Shown: one piece after another, positions 8,499 to 17,551 of the stretch
How positions within the stretch are numbered: the stretch's first letter is position 1
How the letters are laid out: the number at the start of each line of letters is the position of its first letter
NCBI GenBank assembly: GCA_041548485.1
Contig: JBFESP010000001.1
Coordinates: 72,835-136,834, forward strand
From: Thermoplasmata archaeon
Lineage (GTDB): Archaea > Thermoplasmatota > Thermoplasmata > UBA10834
Direction: 5' to 3'
DNA: 64,000 bases
Notes under the pieces: generated by a model
Told to the model about the DNA's origin: nothing
What the model saw: the letters and a program-made list of their open reading frames with translations, nothing else
The model's database searches: none
Position numbers and translations under genes: made by a program

Positions 8499-9377
8499 AT
8501 GACGTTCTCCGCGACTGATACAATGCACATCGTCGGAGGCTCAGCATCAGGAAGACTAGCAGGGGAATTGGCGAAGAGCCTCGGGGCCGATCTCGCGACC
8601 GTCGAGGTGAAGAGGTTCCCCGATGACGAATGCTACGTCAGGATCGGTGACAACCTGGACGGGCAGGATGTCGTCATCGTCCAGACCGCGTGGCCGGACA
8701 GGAACATCGTCGAGCTCCTGCTGCTGCAGGATGCGGTCCGGGAGTTCGACGTGTCCTCGGTGACCACGGTCGTGCCCTACTTCGGATACGCTCGTCAGGA
8801 CAAGAAGTTCAAGGAGGGTGAGCCAGTGAGCGCTCGGATGCTGGCTCGGATCATACAGCTCCAGTCCGACGCGTTCGTGACAGTCGATGTCCACGCTCCC
8901 AGCGTGGTTGCATGGTTCGACCGCATACCTGCGAAGAACGTCTCGGCCCACCCCGAAGTCGGCGCGTTCCTGAAGCGGGAGGGCGTCGAGCTGGTCCTGT
9001 CACCAGATGAGGGGAGACGGGACAACGCAGAGATGGTAGCTAGCGTCGCAGGATGCGATGCGGACTTCCTCGTCAAGGAACGACTAGACGGAGAGACCGT
9101 CAGGATGGCGCCCAAATCGCTCGACGTCAGTGGAAAGACGGTCGCGATAGTCGACGACATCATATCCACGGGCGGAACCATCGTCAAGGCCTCGGAGCAG
9201 CTCAGGCAGCATGGCGCAGCCAAGATCATAGCCGTGTGCACACACGGCGTCTTCGCATCCGATGCGATCCCCCGCCTCAAGAAAGCCTGCGACGAGGTAT
9301 TCTCCACGGACACCATCGAGAACTCCACCACTGCGATCACGGTCGCGCCTCAGGTTGCCAGGGCCATTAGGAAATGA
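8499..9377 (+). CDS. prs: Ribose-phosphate pyrophosphokinase (PRPP synthase)
   Basis: 292 aa. PRPP-binding loop VAIVDDIISTGGTIV and N-terminal MHIVGGSASGRLAGELA. Confidence 0.9.
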   Translation: MTFSATDTMHIVGGSASGRLAGELAKSLGADLATVEVKRFPDDECYVRIGDNLDGQDVVIVQTAWPDRNIVELLLLQDAVREFDVSSVTTVVPYFGYARQDKKFKEGEPVSARMLARIIQLQSDAFVTVDVHAPSVVAWFDRIPAKNVSAHPEVGAFLKREGVELVLSPDEGRRDNAEMVASVAGCDADFLVKERLDGETVRMAPKSLDVSGKTVAIVDDIISTGGTIVKASEQLRQHGAAKIIAVCTHGVFASDAIPRLKKACDEVFSTDTIENSTTAITVAPQVARAIRK

Positions 9378-9426
9378 AGGCGGCACCAAAAGCTACATAT
9401 GCCTCCCCTGGATTCTCGGAGCTGTC

Positions 9427-10824
9427 ATGAAGAAGGCCGAAGATTTCAGCGAATGGTACAACGAGATGGTCGAGAGGGCGAACCTCACCGACAAACGTTA
9501 TCCGATCAAGGGGATGAACGTGTGGACGTCCTACGGCTGGAAGATCATGCGGGCGATCGACACACACATACGCGAGGAGTTCGACGCCACGGAACACGAC
9601 GAGGTATGCTTCCCGCTCCTGATACCAGAGGACCAGTTCGCGAAGGAGAAGGAGCACATCAAGGGATTCGACGCCGAGGTGTTCTGGGTCACACACGCGG
9701 GATTGAACCCCTTGGATGTGAAGTTCCTCCTGAGACCGACGAGCGAGACGGCCATGTATCCGATGTTCTCCTTGTGGGTCAGGTCCCATGCGGACCTTCC
9801 CCTCAAGACATACCAGATAGTGAACACTTTCAGGTACGAGACGAAGCAGACGAGGGCGTTCATCCGGGTGCGGGAGATCCACTTCTTCGAGTCGCACACA
9901 TGTCACGCAGACTTCGATGATGCAGAGAGACAGATCAGGGAGGATTATGAGATCGTCGAAAGGCTTACCCAGAAATGGTGCATCCCTCACAAGCTGCTCA
10001 AGCGCACGGACTGGGACAAGTTCCCGGGAGCGGACTACACGGTAGGCATCGATACGGTTCTGCCGGACGGCAGGACGCTCCAACTAGGGTCGATACACCA
10101 ATACAAGGAGAATTTCTCGCGGCCCTACGATATCAAGTACGAGGACGACAAGGGGGAGCACAAGTACGCCCACCAGACGACCTTCGGCATGAGCGAGAGA
10201 CTGGTCGGGGCAATCGTGGCCATCCACGGCGATGACAAGGGGATCGTACTCCCGCCAGATGTAGCGACAATCCAGATCGTGGTCGTACCGGTTCTTGCGA
10301 AGGGCGCCGCGGAGGTTGTGACCGCGAAGGCGGTGGATTTGTACAACGAGCTCAAGAGTTCAGGATTGCGAGTCCACCTTGACGACAGAGACGTCAGGCC
10401 TGGAGTGAAGTACTACGACTGGGAGCTGAGGGGCGTTCCCCTTAGACTCGAACTGGGCACCAAGGACATCGAGAAGGGGGTTGTGACCTTCGTCAGGAGG
10501 GACGATGGCGAGAAGGCCCTTGTCGAACGGGAGCGCGTCGCTGATGAAGCCAGGGAAATGCTTGCCAAGATCGCCGCTGACATGCTCCAGAGGGCCAGGA
10601 AGACCATGGATGCGGACACCGTCACCATCGACTCTCTGGAGAATCTGCCTGATAAGTTCATCAGGGCAGGATGGTGTGGTGGCGAGGATTGCGGTCACTC
10701 GATCGAGGACCGTACCGAGAGGAACATAATCGGCACGCCAATCGATGACGAAGGGTTCAGCGGAGCTTGCGTCGTCTGCGGGAAGCCCACGCGCACTTCG
10801 GTCTACATAGCCAGAGCGATGTGA
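9427..10824 (+). CDS. proS: Prolyl-tRNA synthetase, archaeal/eukaryotic type
   Basis: 466 aa from ATG 9427 (MKKAEDFSEWYNEMV...). Class II motifs, FRYETKQTRAFIRVREIHFFESH, and the C-terminal zinc-binding CGGEDCG...CVVCGKP. The longer ORF start overlaps the prs 3' end. Confidence 0.9.
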   Translation: MKKAEDFSEWYNEMVERANLTDKRYPIKGMNVWTSYGWKIMRAIDTHIREEFDATEHDEVCFPLLIPEDQFAKEKEHIKGFDAEVFWVTHAGLNPLDVKFLLRPTSETAMYPMFSLWVRSHADLPLKTYQIVNTFRYETKQTRAFIRVREIHFFESHTCHADFDDAERQIREDYEIVERLTQKWCIPHKLLKRTDWDKFPGADYTVGIDTVLPDGRTLQLGSIHQYKENFSRPYDIKYEDDKGEHKYAHQTTFGMSERLVGAIVAIHGDDKGIVLPPDVATIQIVVVPVLAKGAAEVVTAKAVDLYNELKSSGLRVHLDDRDVRPGVKYYDWELRGVPLRLELGTKDIEKGVVTFVRRDDGEKALVERERVADEAREMLAKIAADMLQRARKTMDADTVTIDSLENLPDKFIRAGWCGGEDCGHSIEDRTERNIIGTPIDDEGFSGACVVCGKPTRTSVYIARAM

Positions 10825-10879
10825 GCGAAGTACTCATCCAGGGAATCGTCAGCCGAACAAGGGGGTAAGGGAACAGTTC

Positions 10880-11116
10880 CTACGTGGACGTCCTCTTCTT
10901 CCGGAACAGAATCATTCCGATGATGCCAAAAGCTATCAGAGGGGTGTATATCGTGTATATCCCGATGTTACCTCTGTCGAACGGATACCATGTCCCATAG
11001 ATGAGGCCCCAGCCCCAGTAGACGAGTATGCCCGCAACAAGTAAAAGCGAGAAGAAGACAAACGCTGCCTTTCGCTGGAACTCGGATTCGTCGCCTTCTG
11101 CCATCATCGCGCCCAA
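10880..11116 (-). CDS. Small two-TM membrane protein, hypothetical
   Basis: 78 aa with two hydrophobic helices and a basic C-terminus. A TATA-like TTTATACAG lies upstream on the minus strand. Confidence 0.4.
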   Translation of the reverse strand: MGAMMAEGDESEFQRKAAFVFFSLLLVAGILVYWGWGLIYGTWYPFDRGNIGIYTIYTPLIAFGIIGMILFRKKRTST

Positions 11117-11179
11117 TGGATTGGCTGTATAAATTGCTTTCTCATGGAGCTGCGGAGTTCGGGCATCGACTGCAAGTCG

Positions 11180-12679
11180 TCAACCTGGCGGCGAGGATGT
11201 TCCGATCTTCAGGAACTCCTCTTCGTCCTTGAGCGCCGCCTCGAATATCTCCAGACTCTTCTCGATCTGGACCCTGGACATGCACAGCGGTGGGGCGATC
11301 CTGAACACGTTGCCGTAGATTCCGGACGTTATCGTCATCAAGCCTCCCCTCCAGCACTTGCCCTGGACGGTGGTCGCCTCGTGGGGCTCCTTGGTGTACT
11401 GGTTCTTGACCAGCTCCACACCGATCATCAGGCCCTTCCCGCGGACATCTCCGATGATCTCCCTGCGCTCCATCATCTCCCTCAACAACTTCGAAGTGTG
11501 CTCCCCGAGCTTCGCCGACCTATCAACGAGGTTCTCCTCCACTATGGCCTGGACATGCGCCAGACCGGCCGCCATCGTGATGGCGTTCCCGCCGAACGTC
11601 GACGAGTGTGAGCCAGGGCGCCACTTCTTCATGATCTCGTTCTTAGCGATTATCGCGCCGAGCGGTACTCCGCCGCCGAGGGCCTTGCCCATGACCAGTA
11701 TGTCCGGGACTACGTTGAAATGCTCGCACGCGAACATCTTTCCCGTCCGTGCGAACCCGGTCTGCACCTCGTCCATGATCAGAAGCGCATCCTGTGATTC
11801 GCATATCTTCTTGAGTCCTGGCAGGAACTCCTTCGGAGGCACGACATAGCCGCCCTCACCCTGGATCGGCTCGACCACGATCGAGGATATCTGCCCTGTC
11901 GGCCCGCCCATCTGAAGGACCTGGTTCTCCAGGTAGTCCATGCACCAGAGGCCGCACTCCGGATATGTTTGCTTGAACGGGCATCGATAGCAGTAGGCGT
12001 ACGGGGTGAACACGATCCCGGGGATCAGCGGACCGTAACTGTACCTCAGTTTCAGCTTGCTGGTCAACGAGAGTCCGGCCCCCACCCTGCCGTGGTACGA
12101 GCCGAAGAACGCCACGTGCTCGCTCCTCTTGGTGTAATAGCGCGAGAGTTTGAACGCCGCCTCGACCGCCTCCCCCCCGCTGTTACCGAAGAACGTGCCC
12201 TTCAACGCCTTCCCTGGCGATATCTCGTGGAGCAGCTTTGCGAAGTACGCCTCCTTGTCGAAGTAGGCGTCGTTCGCCATTGAGTGGACGAGCTTCGCAG
12301 CCTGATCCTGGATGGCCTTGACCACCCTCGGGTGCGTCCATCCTGCGTTCTCTACGCCTATGCCCGATGTGAAGTCGAGCAGTATGTTCCCGTCAGCGTC
12401 CATCACAGAGGCTCCGGACGCCTTCTCGAATGTGAACGTGAAGCATCTGTCGTATGCGTACGAGACGTACTCCCTGTCGATCTTGATTATGGCCTTGCTC
12501 TTAGGGCCGGGTGCCCTGACGACCAGCTTAGGTGCCTCTCTCGCCCAGTCGGCGACCCAGTCCGGAAGAGGGAAATCCTCCTCGGGGGCCACCACTGGCT
12601 TCTCTTTGCCATCGACCTTCCCTGTCTTCGGCGCATTCACTGTCCCGCTCAGAACCTCGTTATCGGCCATCTCACTCAT
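11180..12679 (-). CDS. Class-III (omega-type) PLP-dependent aminotransferase (GABA/ornithine/acetylornithine aminotransferase family)
   Basis: 499 aa. The motif DEVQTGFARTGKMFA contains the PLP lysine; FGGNAITMAAG. The start overlaps the upstream ferredoxin stop (ATGA). Confidence 0.85.
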   Translation of the reverse strand: MSEMADNEVLSGTVNAPKTGKVDGKEKPVVAPEEDFPLPDWVADWAREAPKLVVRAPGPKSKAIIKIDREYVSYAYDRCFTFTFEKASGASVMDADGNILLDFTSGIGVENAGWTHPRVVKAIQDQAAKLVHSMANDAYFDKEAYFAKLLHEISPGKALKGTFFGNSGGEAVEAAFKLSRYYTKRSEHVAFFGSYHGRVGAGLSLTSKLKLRYSYGPLIPGIVFTPYAYCYRCPFKQTYPECGLWCMDYLENQVLQMGGPTGQISSIVVEPIQGEGGYVVPPKEFLPGLKKICESQDALLIMDEVQTGFARTGKMFACEHFNVVPDILVMGKALGGGVPLGAIIAKNEIMKKWRPGSHSSTFGGNAITMAAGLAHVQAIVEENLVDRSAKLGEHTSKLLREMMERREIIGDVRGKGLMIGVELVKNQYTKEPHEATTVQGKCWRGGLMTITSGIYGNVFRIAPPLCMSRVQIEKSLEIFEAALKDEEEFLKIGTSSPPG

Positions 12680-13116
12680 TCCTCATTCCCCCTGGCCTGA
12701 TTGAGGGTGAGTGCACCCTCAGGACATGCCTTCAGACACTTGGGGTCGCCACCGCACAGGTCACACATGTACGCAGTCTCCACGCCGAACTCCTCCTCGA
12801 AGAATATCGCTTCGTAAGGGCAGCGCGGGATGCACGCCATGCATGCGAAACACCTGTGCTCGTCAAGAGTCCAATACTTGCCTTCGTCGTGGAATTCAAG
12901 CAGCGCGGACGGACATACGTCTGCGGGTTCGCACTGCTCGCAATGCACACACACGACCGCCTTGAACCTGTCCCCATCCTCGATGATCTTCATTCTCGAT
13001 ATTCCTGCCGCGACACTCGATTTCTTCGAGGCGATGCAGGCCTTCTCGCATTCCCGGCATCCATCGCATTTCTGTGGGTCGAAAACCAACCCGAAGCTCC
13101 TTTTCGAACTAGGCAT
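12676..13116 (-). CDS. 4Fe-4S ferredoxin-domain protein (polyferredoxin)
   Basis: 146 aa with multiple CxxCxxCxxxCP cluster motifs. Translationally coupled to the aminotransferase. Confidence 0.75.
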   Translation of the reverse strand: MPSSKRSFGLVFDPQKCDGCRECEKACIASKKSSVAAGISRMKIIEDGDRFKAVVCVHCEQCEPADVCPSALLEFHDEGKYWTLDEHRCFACMACIPRCPYEAIFFEEEFGVETAYMCDLCGGDPKCLKACPEGALTLNQARGNEE

Positions 13117-13477
13117 CCATGCACCAACTGAAGGGCCAGACCCATCGAATCCATGGGGATGGCCATATCGGGGAGCCTGTGCTCCTCAACGCGCTCCTAA
13201 AGGACTGATGACATATATATTCTTGGAGACGGCAGTATATGTACCTTCGCTGTGTACAAATTGAACCGAGTCTTCATGAAGGATTTACGAATAACCACCC
13301 TTAATGATTGAAGATTTCACATTCGGCACCTACCTATTGGGAGGCGTTCGACGGCGACAAAAGTACCGGTGAAAAGGCATCAGAAACACCTATTTAAATA
13401 CCGATATTTTTATATTTTGATTCTGCTGCAAATAGCTGCGCGAATTCGCCGGAAGTCCGATGAAAATCGAACTGAGA

Positions 13478-13510
13478 CCAGAGGTGATGGGCACTGCTCA
13501 CCACTTCTGG
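13478..13510 (-). terminator. Imperfect hairpin followed by a T-rich tract downstream of the AOR stop
   Basis: CCAGAGGTGA...TCACCACTTCTGG lies 20-50 nt after the AOR stop and is followed on the minus strand by TTCGATTTTCATC. Confidence 0.3.
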
Positions 13511-13530
13511 TCGTTGAGGTTTGTGCCTGC

Positions 13531-15381
13531 TCAGAGATAGTCGAGGGTTCCTACGATATCGCTCAGACCGGCGTCTTCGAGCGTCTTCTTCGTCGGCCTG
13601 CCCTGCTCGTCCCAGCCCCAGAGCGCGTAGTATTCGTTGAGCATCTTCTCGAAGGCCTCGTGGCTGACGGTCTTCCCCTCGGTCTTCCCGCTCGGCAGGG
13701 GCTCCGTCGACATCCTGTCGGGCATCGTGTCGTCCTTCCTCGAGAAACCCTCTCTGACATTGAACGCTCTGACAAGGTTCCAGACCCGTACACCGACCGC
13801 TTTCAGCCAATCCACATCCGCGGGAAGTCCAGTGACGGCCGTGTAGTACATCGCCATGTTCTCGTCGCTGACCCCGTAGAAGTCACAGTAGATCATGCTC
13901 CACTTGTAGCTCTTCATTATCTGCTCCTCGTGGCAGATCGCGGCCTTGCCCTCAGTGCTCCACGGGTCCCCCTCGCCGTACGCATCCGACGCGACGGGCC
14001 ACGCTCTGTTGTGGTCGGCACCTCGGTCTGAGGTCGCGTATGCGAGCGCCATGCCGATCGATCCTCTCGGGTCGTATGCGGGATACTCGCTACCCTTCGA
14101 GTGCATGACGAGCTTCTCGGTATCCTTGCCTATCGCCTTCGCGGCACGCAGCGTCCCCTCTGCGAGGAGGTCGCCGATCTTGGTCGTCCTCAGGGAGATC
14201 ATCTCGGGCATCTTCGCGTATGCCTCCTCGTTCCCGAACCTGAGGTCCAGGCCTCCGGTGTCCTCTTTCGTTATGATGCCTTTCTCGTAGATGTCCATGG
14301 CGAAACCCACCGCTGAGCCAGCCGACATCGTATCCAGGCCGAACCTGTCGCAATCCTCTGAGAACTTGATGACGGCCTCGATGTTCTTCACGCCGCAGTT
14401 GGACCCTGCCAATCCGAGCGTCTCGTACTCAGGCCCCTCAGTGGACGACCCTTTGAACAAGCCGTCCCTCACCTTGGCGAGGCTGCCGCAGGCGATGCCG
14501 CACGAGAAACAGGCTTTCTTCCTGACGAAGACCCTGGTCTTCAGGGCGTCGGAGTCTATCCCCTGGTATCCGTCGAACTGGCCACTGTGCCAGTTGTTCG
14601 TCGGTAGGATGCCCGCGTCCTGGCTCATGTCGACGATGATCGGGGTGCCGTCGGTTATCAGGCCGGCATGGTCAGGCTGCTCGACGACATCCTTCCAGAG
14701 CATCAGCTTGGCCATCTCCATGAACTCGTCAATCTTGGGGACCTCGACGCCGAGTGAGCCCTTCGCGACCACTGCCTTCAAGTTCTTGGAGCCGAACACC
14801 GCGCCAGCTCCGCCGCGGCCGGCGTTCCGGGTTATGTCTGAGGTGACGCCAGCGATCCTGGAGAGTTTCTCACCCGCCTGGCCGATTCCCGCGACGCGGG
14901 CGTACTTGTGCCCGACCTCGTCTCTGAGGAGTTCCTCCGTCTTGAACATGTCCTTCCCCCAGACGTTCTTGGCATCCCGTATCTCCGCCTTGCCGTCGTT
15001 CACCCAGAGGTAGCTCGGCTTCGCCGCCTTCCCCTTGACGATTATGCCGTCGAACCCCGCGTACTTCAACTCCGGAGCGAAATAGCCTCCGGCGTAGGTG
15101 TCCAGAAAAGTCCCTGTGAGTGGGGACTTGGTTATCACGACATATCTGCTCGTCAGCGGGACCATCGTCCCGACCAGCGGACCCGTCCATATCATGAGCG
15201 GGTTGTCTGGAGACAGCGGGTCGGTACCCGGCTTCAGCTCCTCGTAGAGGTACCTGGCGCCCAGTCCCTTGCCGCCGATGAACTGCTTGGCCCACTCCAT
15301 CTTCGTCGGCTCGGCCGCTACCTTTTCATTGGTCAGATCGACCCTCAGTATCTTACCGGTGTATCCTGTCGGCATCTTCAC
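13531..15381 (-). CDS. aor: Tungsten-containing aldehyde:ferredoxin oxidoreductase (AOR family)
   Basis: 616 aa. N-terminal MKMPTGYTGKILRVDLT... and AOR family motifs throughout. Overlaps the upstream ferredoxin gene by 4 nt. Confidence 0.9.
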   Translation of the reverse strand: MKMPTGYTGKILRVDLTNEKVAAEPTKMEWAKQFIGGKGLGARYLYEELKPGTDPLSPDNPLMIWTGPLVGTMVPLTSRYVVITKSPLTGTFLDTYAGGYFAPELKYAGFDGIIVKGKAAKPSYLWVNDGKAEIRDAKNVWGKDMFKTEELLRDEVGHKYARVAGIGQAGEKLSRIAGVTSDITRNAGRGGAGAVFGSKNLKAVVAKGSLGVEVPKIDEFMEMAKLMLWKDVVEQPDHAGLITDGTPIIVDMSQDAGILPTNNWHSGQFDGYQGIDSDALKTRVFVRKKACFSCGIACGSLAKVRDGLFKGSSTEGPEYETLGLAGSNCGVKNIEAVIKFSEDCDRFGLDTMSAGSAVGFAMDIYEKGIITKEDTGGLDLRFGNEEAYAKMPEMISLRTTKIGDLLAEGTLRAAKAIGKDTEKLVMHSKGSEYPAYDPRGSIGMALAYATSDRGADHNRAWPVASDAYGEGDPWSTEGKAAICHEEQIMKSYKWSMIYCDFYGVSDENMAMYYTAVTGLPADVDWLKAVGVRVWNLVRAFNVREGFSRKDDTMPDRMSTEPLPSGKTEGKTVSHEAFEKMLNEYYALWGWDEQGRPTKKTLEDAGLSDIVGTLDYL

Positions 15382-15791
15382 TCACCCCTCGAAATGACCT
15401 TCCTAGGGCACACATCGATGCACTTGGGCGTCCCTCCACACAGGTCGCACTTGATCGCGTACGATTCCGATGGGTCGAGCCAGCATCCATTGTGCGGACA
15501 GGCATCGACGCACAGGCCACACGCAGTGCACTCCTCCTTGTCCACGCAGTATATGCCCAGCGCCTCATCCAGCTTGATCGCTTCGGCCGGACACGCCTCG
15601 ACGCACGGGTGCTCGTCGCACTGCGTGCAGTAGTTCAGCCTGAACTCGCCGGGCTCAGGGAAGACGTCCTCGACGTTGATCCGGGACTCACTGGGGTTGA
15701 ACTTACCCACGTGAGATCCGGAGCAGATCAAGGCGCACATGTTGCAGCCGATGCATTTCTCAAGCTCAATCTTCAAGCCTTTGCTCATCAC
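15378..15791 (-). CDS. 4Fe-4S ferredoxin, AOR-associated electron-transfer subunit
   Basis: 137 aa with several CxxCxxCxxxCP motifs. Stop/start overlap with the AOR gene. Confidence 0.8.
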   Translation of the reverse strand: MMSKGLKIELEKCIGCNMCALICSGSHVGKFNPSESRINVEDVFPEPGEFRLNYCTQCDEHPCVEACPAEAIKLDEALGIYCVDKEECTACGLCVDACPHNGCWLDPSESYAIKCDLCGGTPKCIDVCPRKVISRGE

Positions 15792-16005
15792 AGATTTCCT
15801 CCCAAGTCAGAGTCATCCTGGGAACACCGGCACTGGGGAACGCCATTCCGCTGGTGCGAAAACCGTTGCGTCCCCCTCGACTGCCGCCTCCCTGGAGCGG
15901 CGATATGATTGCCGTAGCCGTATATAGTTCTTGTCGGTTTTTCGGCTGGAGGCAGGATATTCAGATTTTCCTACTAAGAACGGGGCCAGATTATGGAAGA
16001 GCGAT

Positions 16006-16389
16006 ATGTTCGCGGGAGCACCTCGGATGCCACGGGTCGAATCGAGACAAGTCAAAATACGGATGAAGACATACGACCCTCGGAGACGAGAGGATTCATC
16101 CGACGACGTGAACGAGATGTTCCCATTCAAGAGAAAGAGGACAGACGGGGTCCCACCGCACCGACCGGTCTCGAAGGACCTGCCACGATACAGGATGGAC
16201 GACCATGCGGTTGAATACAAGGGCGAGACGGGAGCGAGAGAGGAGCGGCCCGTCGACGAAGAGGTCGCGGCGTCCGAACTGCACAGAAAAGGATTCCACC
16301 CGCTCCCGCGGTGCTCGCACTGCGGGACGGCAATCAGTTACTACCAGAGGAAGTGTCACGCGTGCGAGACGGAGTTCAGGGGGATCTGA
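16006..16389 (+). CDS. Hypothetical charged protein with a C-terminal zinc ribbon. The start is uncertain; the ORF could begin at 15931.
   Basis: C-terminal CSHCGTAISYYQRKCHACETEF. A TATA-like CGTATATAG at 15912-15921 overlaps the longest-ORF start, so the internal ATG at 16006 is preferred. Confidence 0.4.
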   Translation: MFAGAPRMPRVESRQVKIRMKTYDPRRREDSSDDVNEMFPFKRKRTDGVPPHRPVSKDLPRYRMDDHAVEYKGETGAREERPVDEEVAASELHRKGFHPLPRCSHCGTAISYYQRKCHACETEFRGI

Positions 16390-16402
16390 TGTCCGCTGAC
16401 AT

Positions 16403-17182
16403 GTGCGGAAGGGGATGGATTTGATCGAGGAGGGAACCAGGATCGTCCTCGTCGATGGGAAGGGGACGAAGCACTTCGCCGTCGCCGAAAGGAGGATGGT
16501 GGAAGTGAAACACCTTGGGACCGTAGATGGGACGGTCGTCTGCGGCTCGTCGTTCGGAGACGATATCACCGTCGCTGGCCACTCGTTCCGCGTCGTGAGG
16601 CCGTCCGTGATGGACATCCTGGGCCTGATGAACAGACGAGCTCAGATAATCTCGCCAAAGGATAGCTTCCACATACCGATGTACATGGACCTCGGATGCG
16701 GAAGTCGCGTCGTCGAGGCCGGAGCAGGGTCCGGGGCTCTGACGGTAGTACTCCTGAAGGCGGTCGCGCCGACGGGCAAGGTCTACACGTACGAGACAAG
16801 AGAAGACCATGCGAGGGTGGCCGAGAGGAACGTCGGACGCTCGGACTTCGTCTCCTGCTGGCAACTAAAGATGGGAGACATCTGCCGAGGAATCGAAGAG
16901 ACCGACCTTGACGGGGTCGTGCTCGACATCCCCAACCCGTGGGATGCTGTTTCTGCTGCGTCCTCTGCCCTGCGCTCCGGAGGACATATATGCTCCTACG
17001 TGCCGAACGCTAATCAGCTCGAGAGCACGGTCAAGGCGATGCGGAAAGCTGGCTTCCAGGACGTGTTCGCATTCGAGACTCTTCAGAGAGAGATGATGGT
17101 CCACGACCGTGGTGTCAGGCCAAGCTGTGACATGATGGGCCACACCGGATATCTGGCTTTGGCGAGGAAGACGAGTCCTTGA
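16403..17182 (+). CDS. trmI: tRNA (adenine57/58-N1)-methyltransferase TrmI (Gcd14 family)
   Basis: 259 aa. SAM-binding motif VVEAGAGSGALTVVL and catalytic region LDIPNPWDAV. Confidence 0.8.
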   Translation: MRKGMDLIEEGTRIVLVDGKGTKHFAVAERRMVEVKHLGTVDGTVVCGSSFGDDITVAGHSFRVVRPSVMDILGLMNRRAQIISPKDSFHIPMYMDLGCGSRVVEAGAGSGALTVVLLKAVAPTGKVYTYETREDHARVAERNVGRSDFVSCWQLKMGDICRGIEETDLDGVVLDIPNPWDAVSAASSALRSGGHICSYVPNANQLESTVKAMRKAGFQDVFAFETLQREMMVHDRGVRPSCDMMGHTGYLALARKTSP

Positions 17183-17283
17183 GCGGGCAGTGGAGGATCT
17201 CTCGCTCGCCACGATGTCGGACCACTCGGTCACTCATCAGAACCCTGCAGCCCTCAAAGTCTAAGTATCGGCGACGGTAATGC

Positions 17284-17297
17284 GGTCACAGGTGACC
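17284..17297. promoter_or_regulatory. Perfect palindrome GGTCAC-AG-GTGACC, 6 nt upstream of the purS start codon
   Basis: Read directly from the sequence. The position suggests an operator or translational control site for the purSLQ operon. Confidence 0.3.
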
Positions 17298-17302
17298 ACG
17301 AA

Positions 17303-17542
17303 ATGGCTGTGGCAGAGGTCAGAGTCACGCTCAAGAAGGGGGTAGCTGACCCGGAGGGGAGGAACACACTCAAGGCGCTAGAACTGCTCGGATTCGAGGG
17401 GGTCCGGGACGTCCGAACCGTGAAGGTTTTCGAGATTGAGACTGACGGGAAAGCGGAGGAGACCAAGAGGAGCGTAGAAGAGATGTGCAGGAAGCTCCTA
17501 GCTAACCCTGTGATTCACAACTACTCGATCAGTGTCAAGTGA
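17303..17542 (+). CDS. purS: Phosphoribosylformylglycinamidine synthase subunit PurS
   Basis: 79 aa (MAVAEVRVTLKKGVADPEG...), located immediately upstream of purL. Confidence 0.8.
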   Translation: MAVAEVRVTLKKGVADPEGRNTLKALELLGFEGVRDVRTVKVFEIETDGKAEETKRSVEEMCRKLLANPVIHNYSISVK

Positions 17543-17551
17543 GGATATCGG

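Noticed and set aside
9262-9426. N-terminal 55 codons of the longest proS ORF
   Set aside because: They overlap the prs 3' end in another frame and are R/P-rich. The canonical ProRS N-terminus begins at ATG 9427.
13369-14031. 220-aa plus-strand ORF (R/P-rich) antisense to the AOR gene
   Set aside because: It is a shadow ORF typical of high-GC coding DNA, with no motifs. The opposite strand encodes a well-supported AOR.
15931-16005. First ATG of the zinc-ribbon protein ORF
   Set aside because: A TATA-like box overlaps it, so the downstream ATG at 16006 is more consistent with a leaderless or short-leader transcript. This is not certain.
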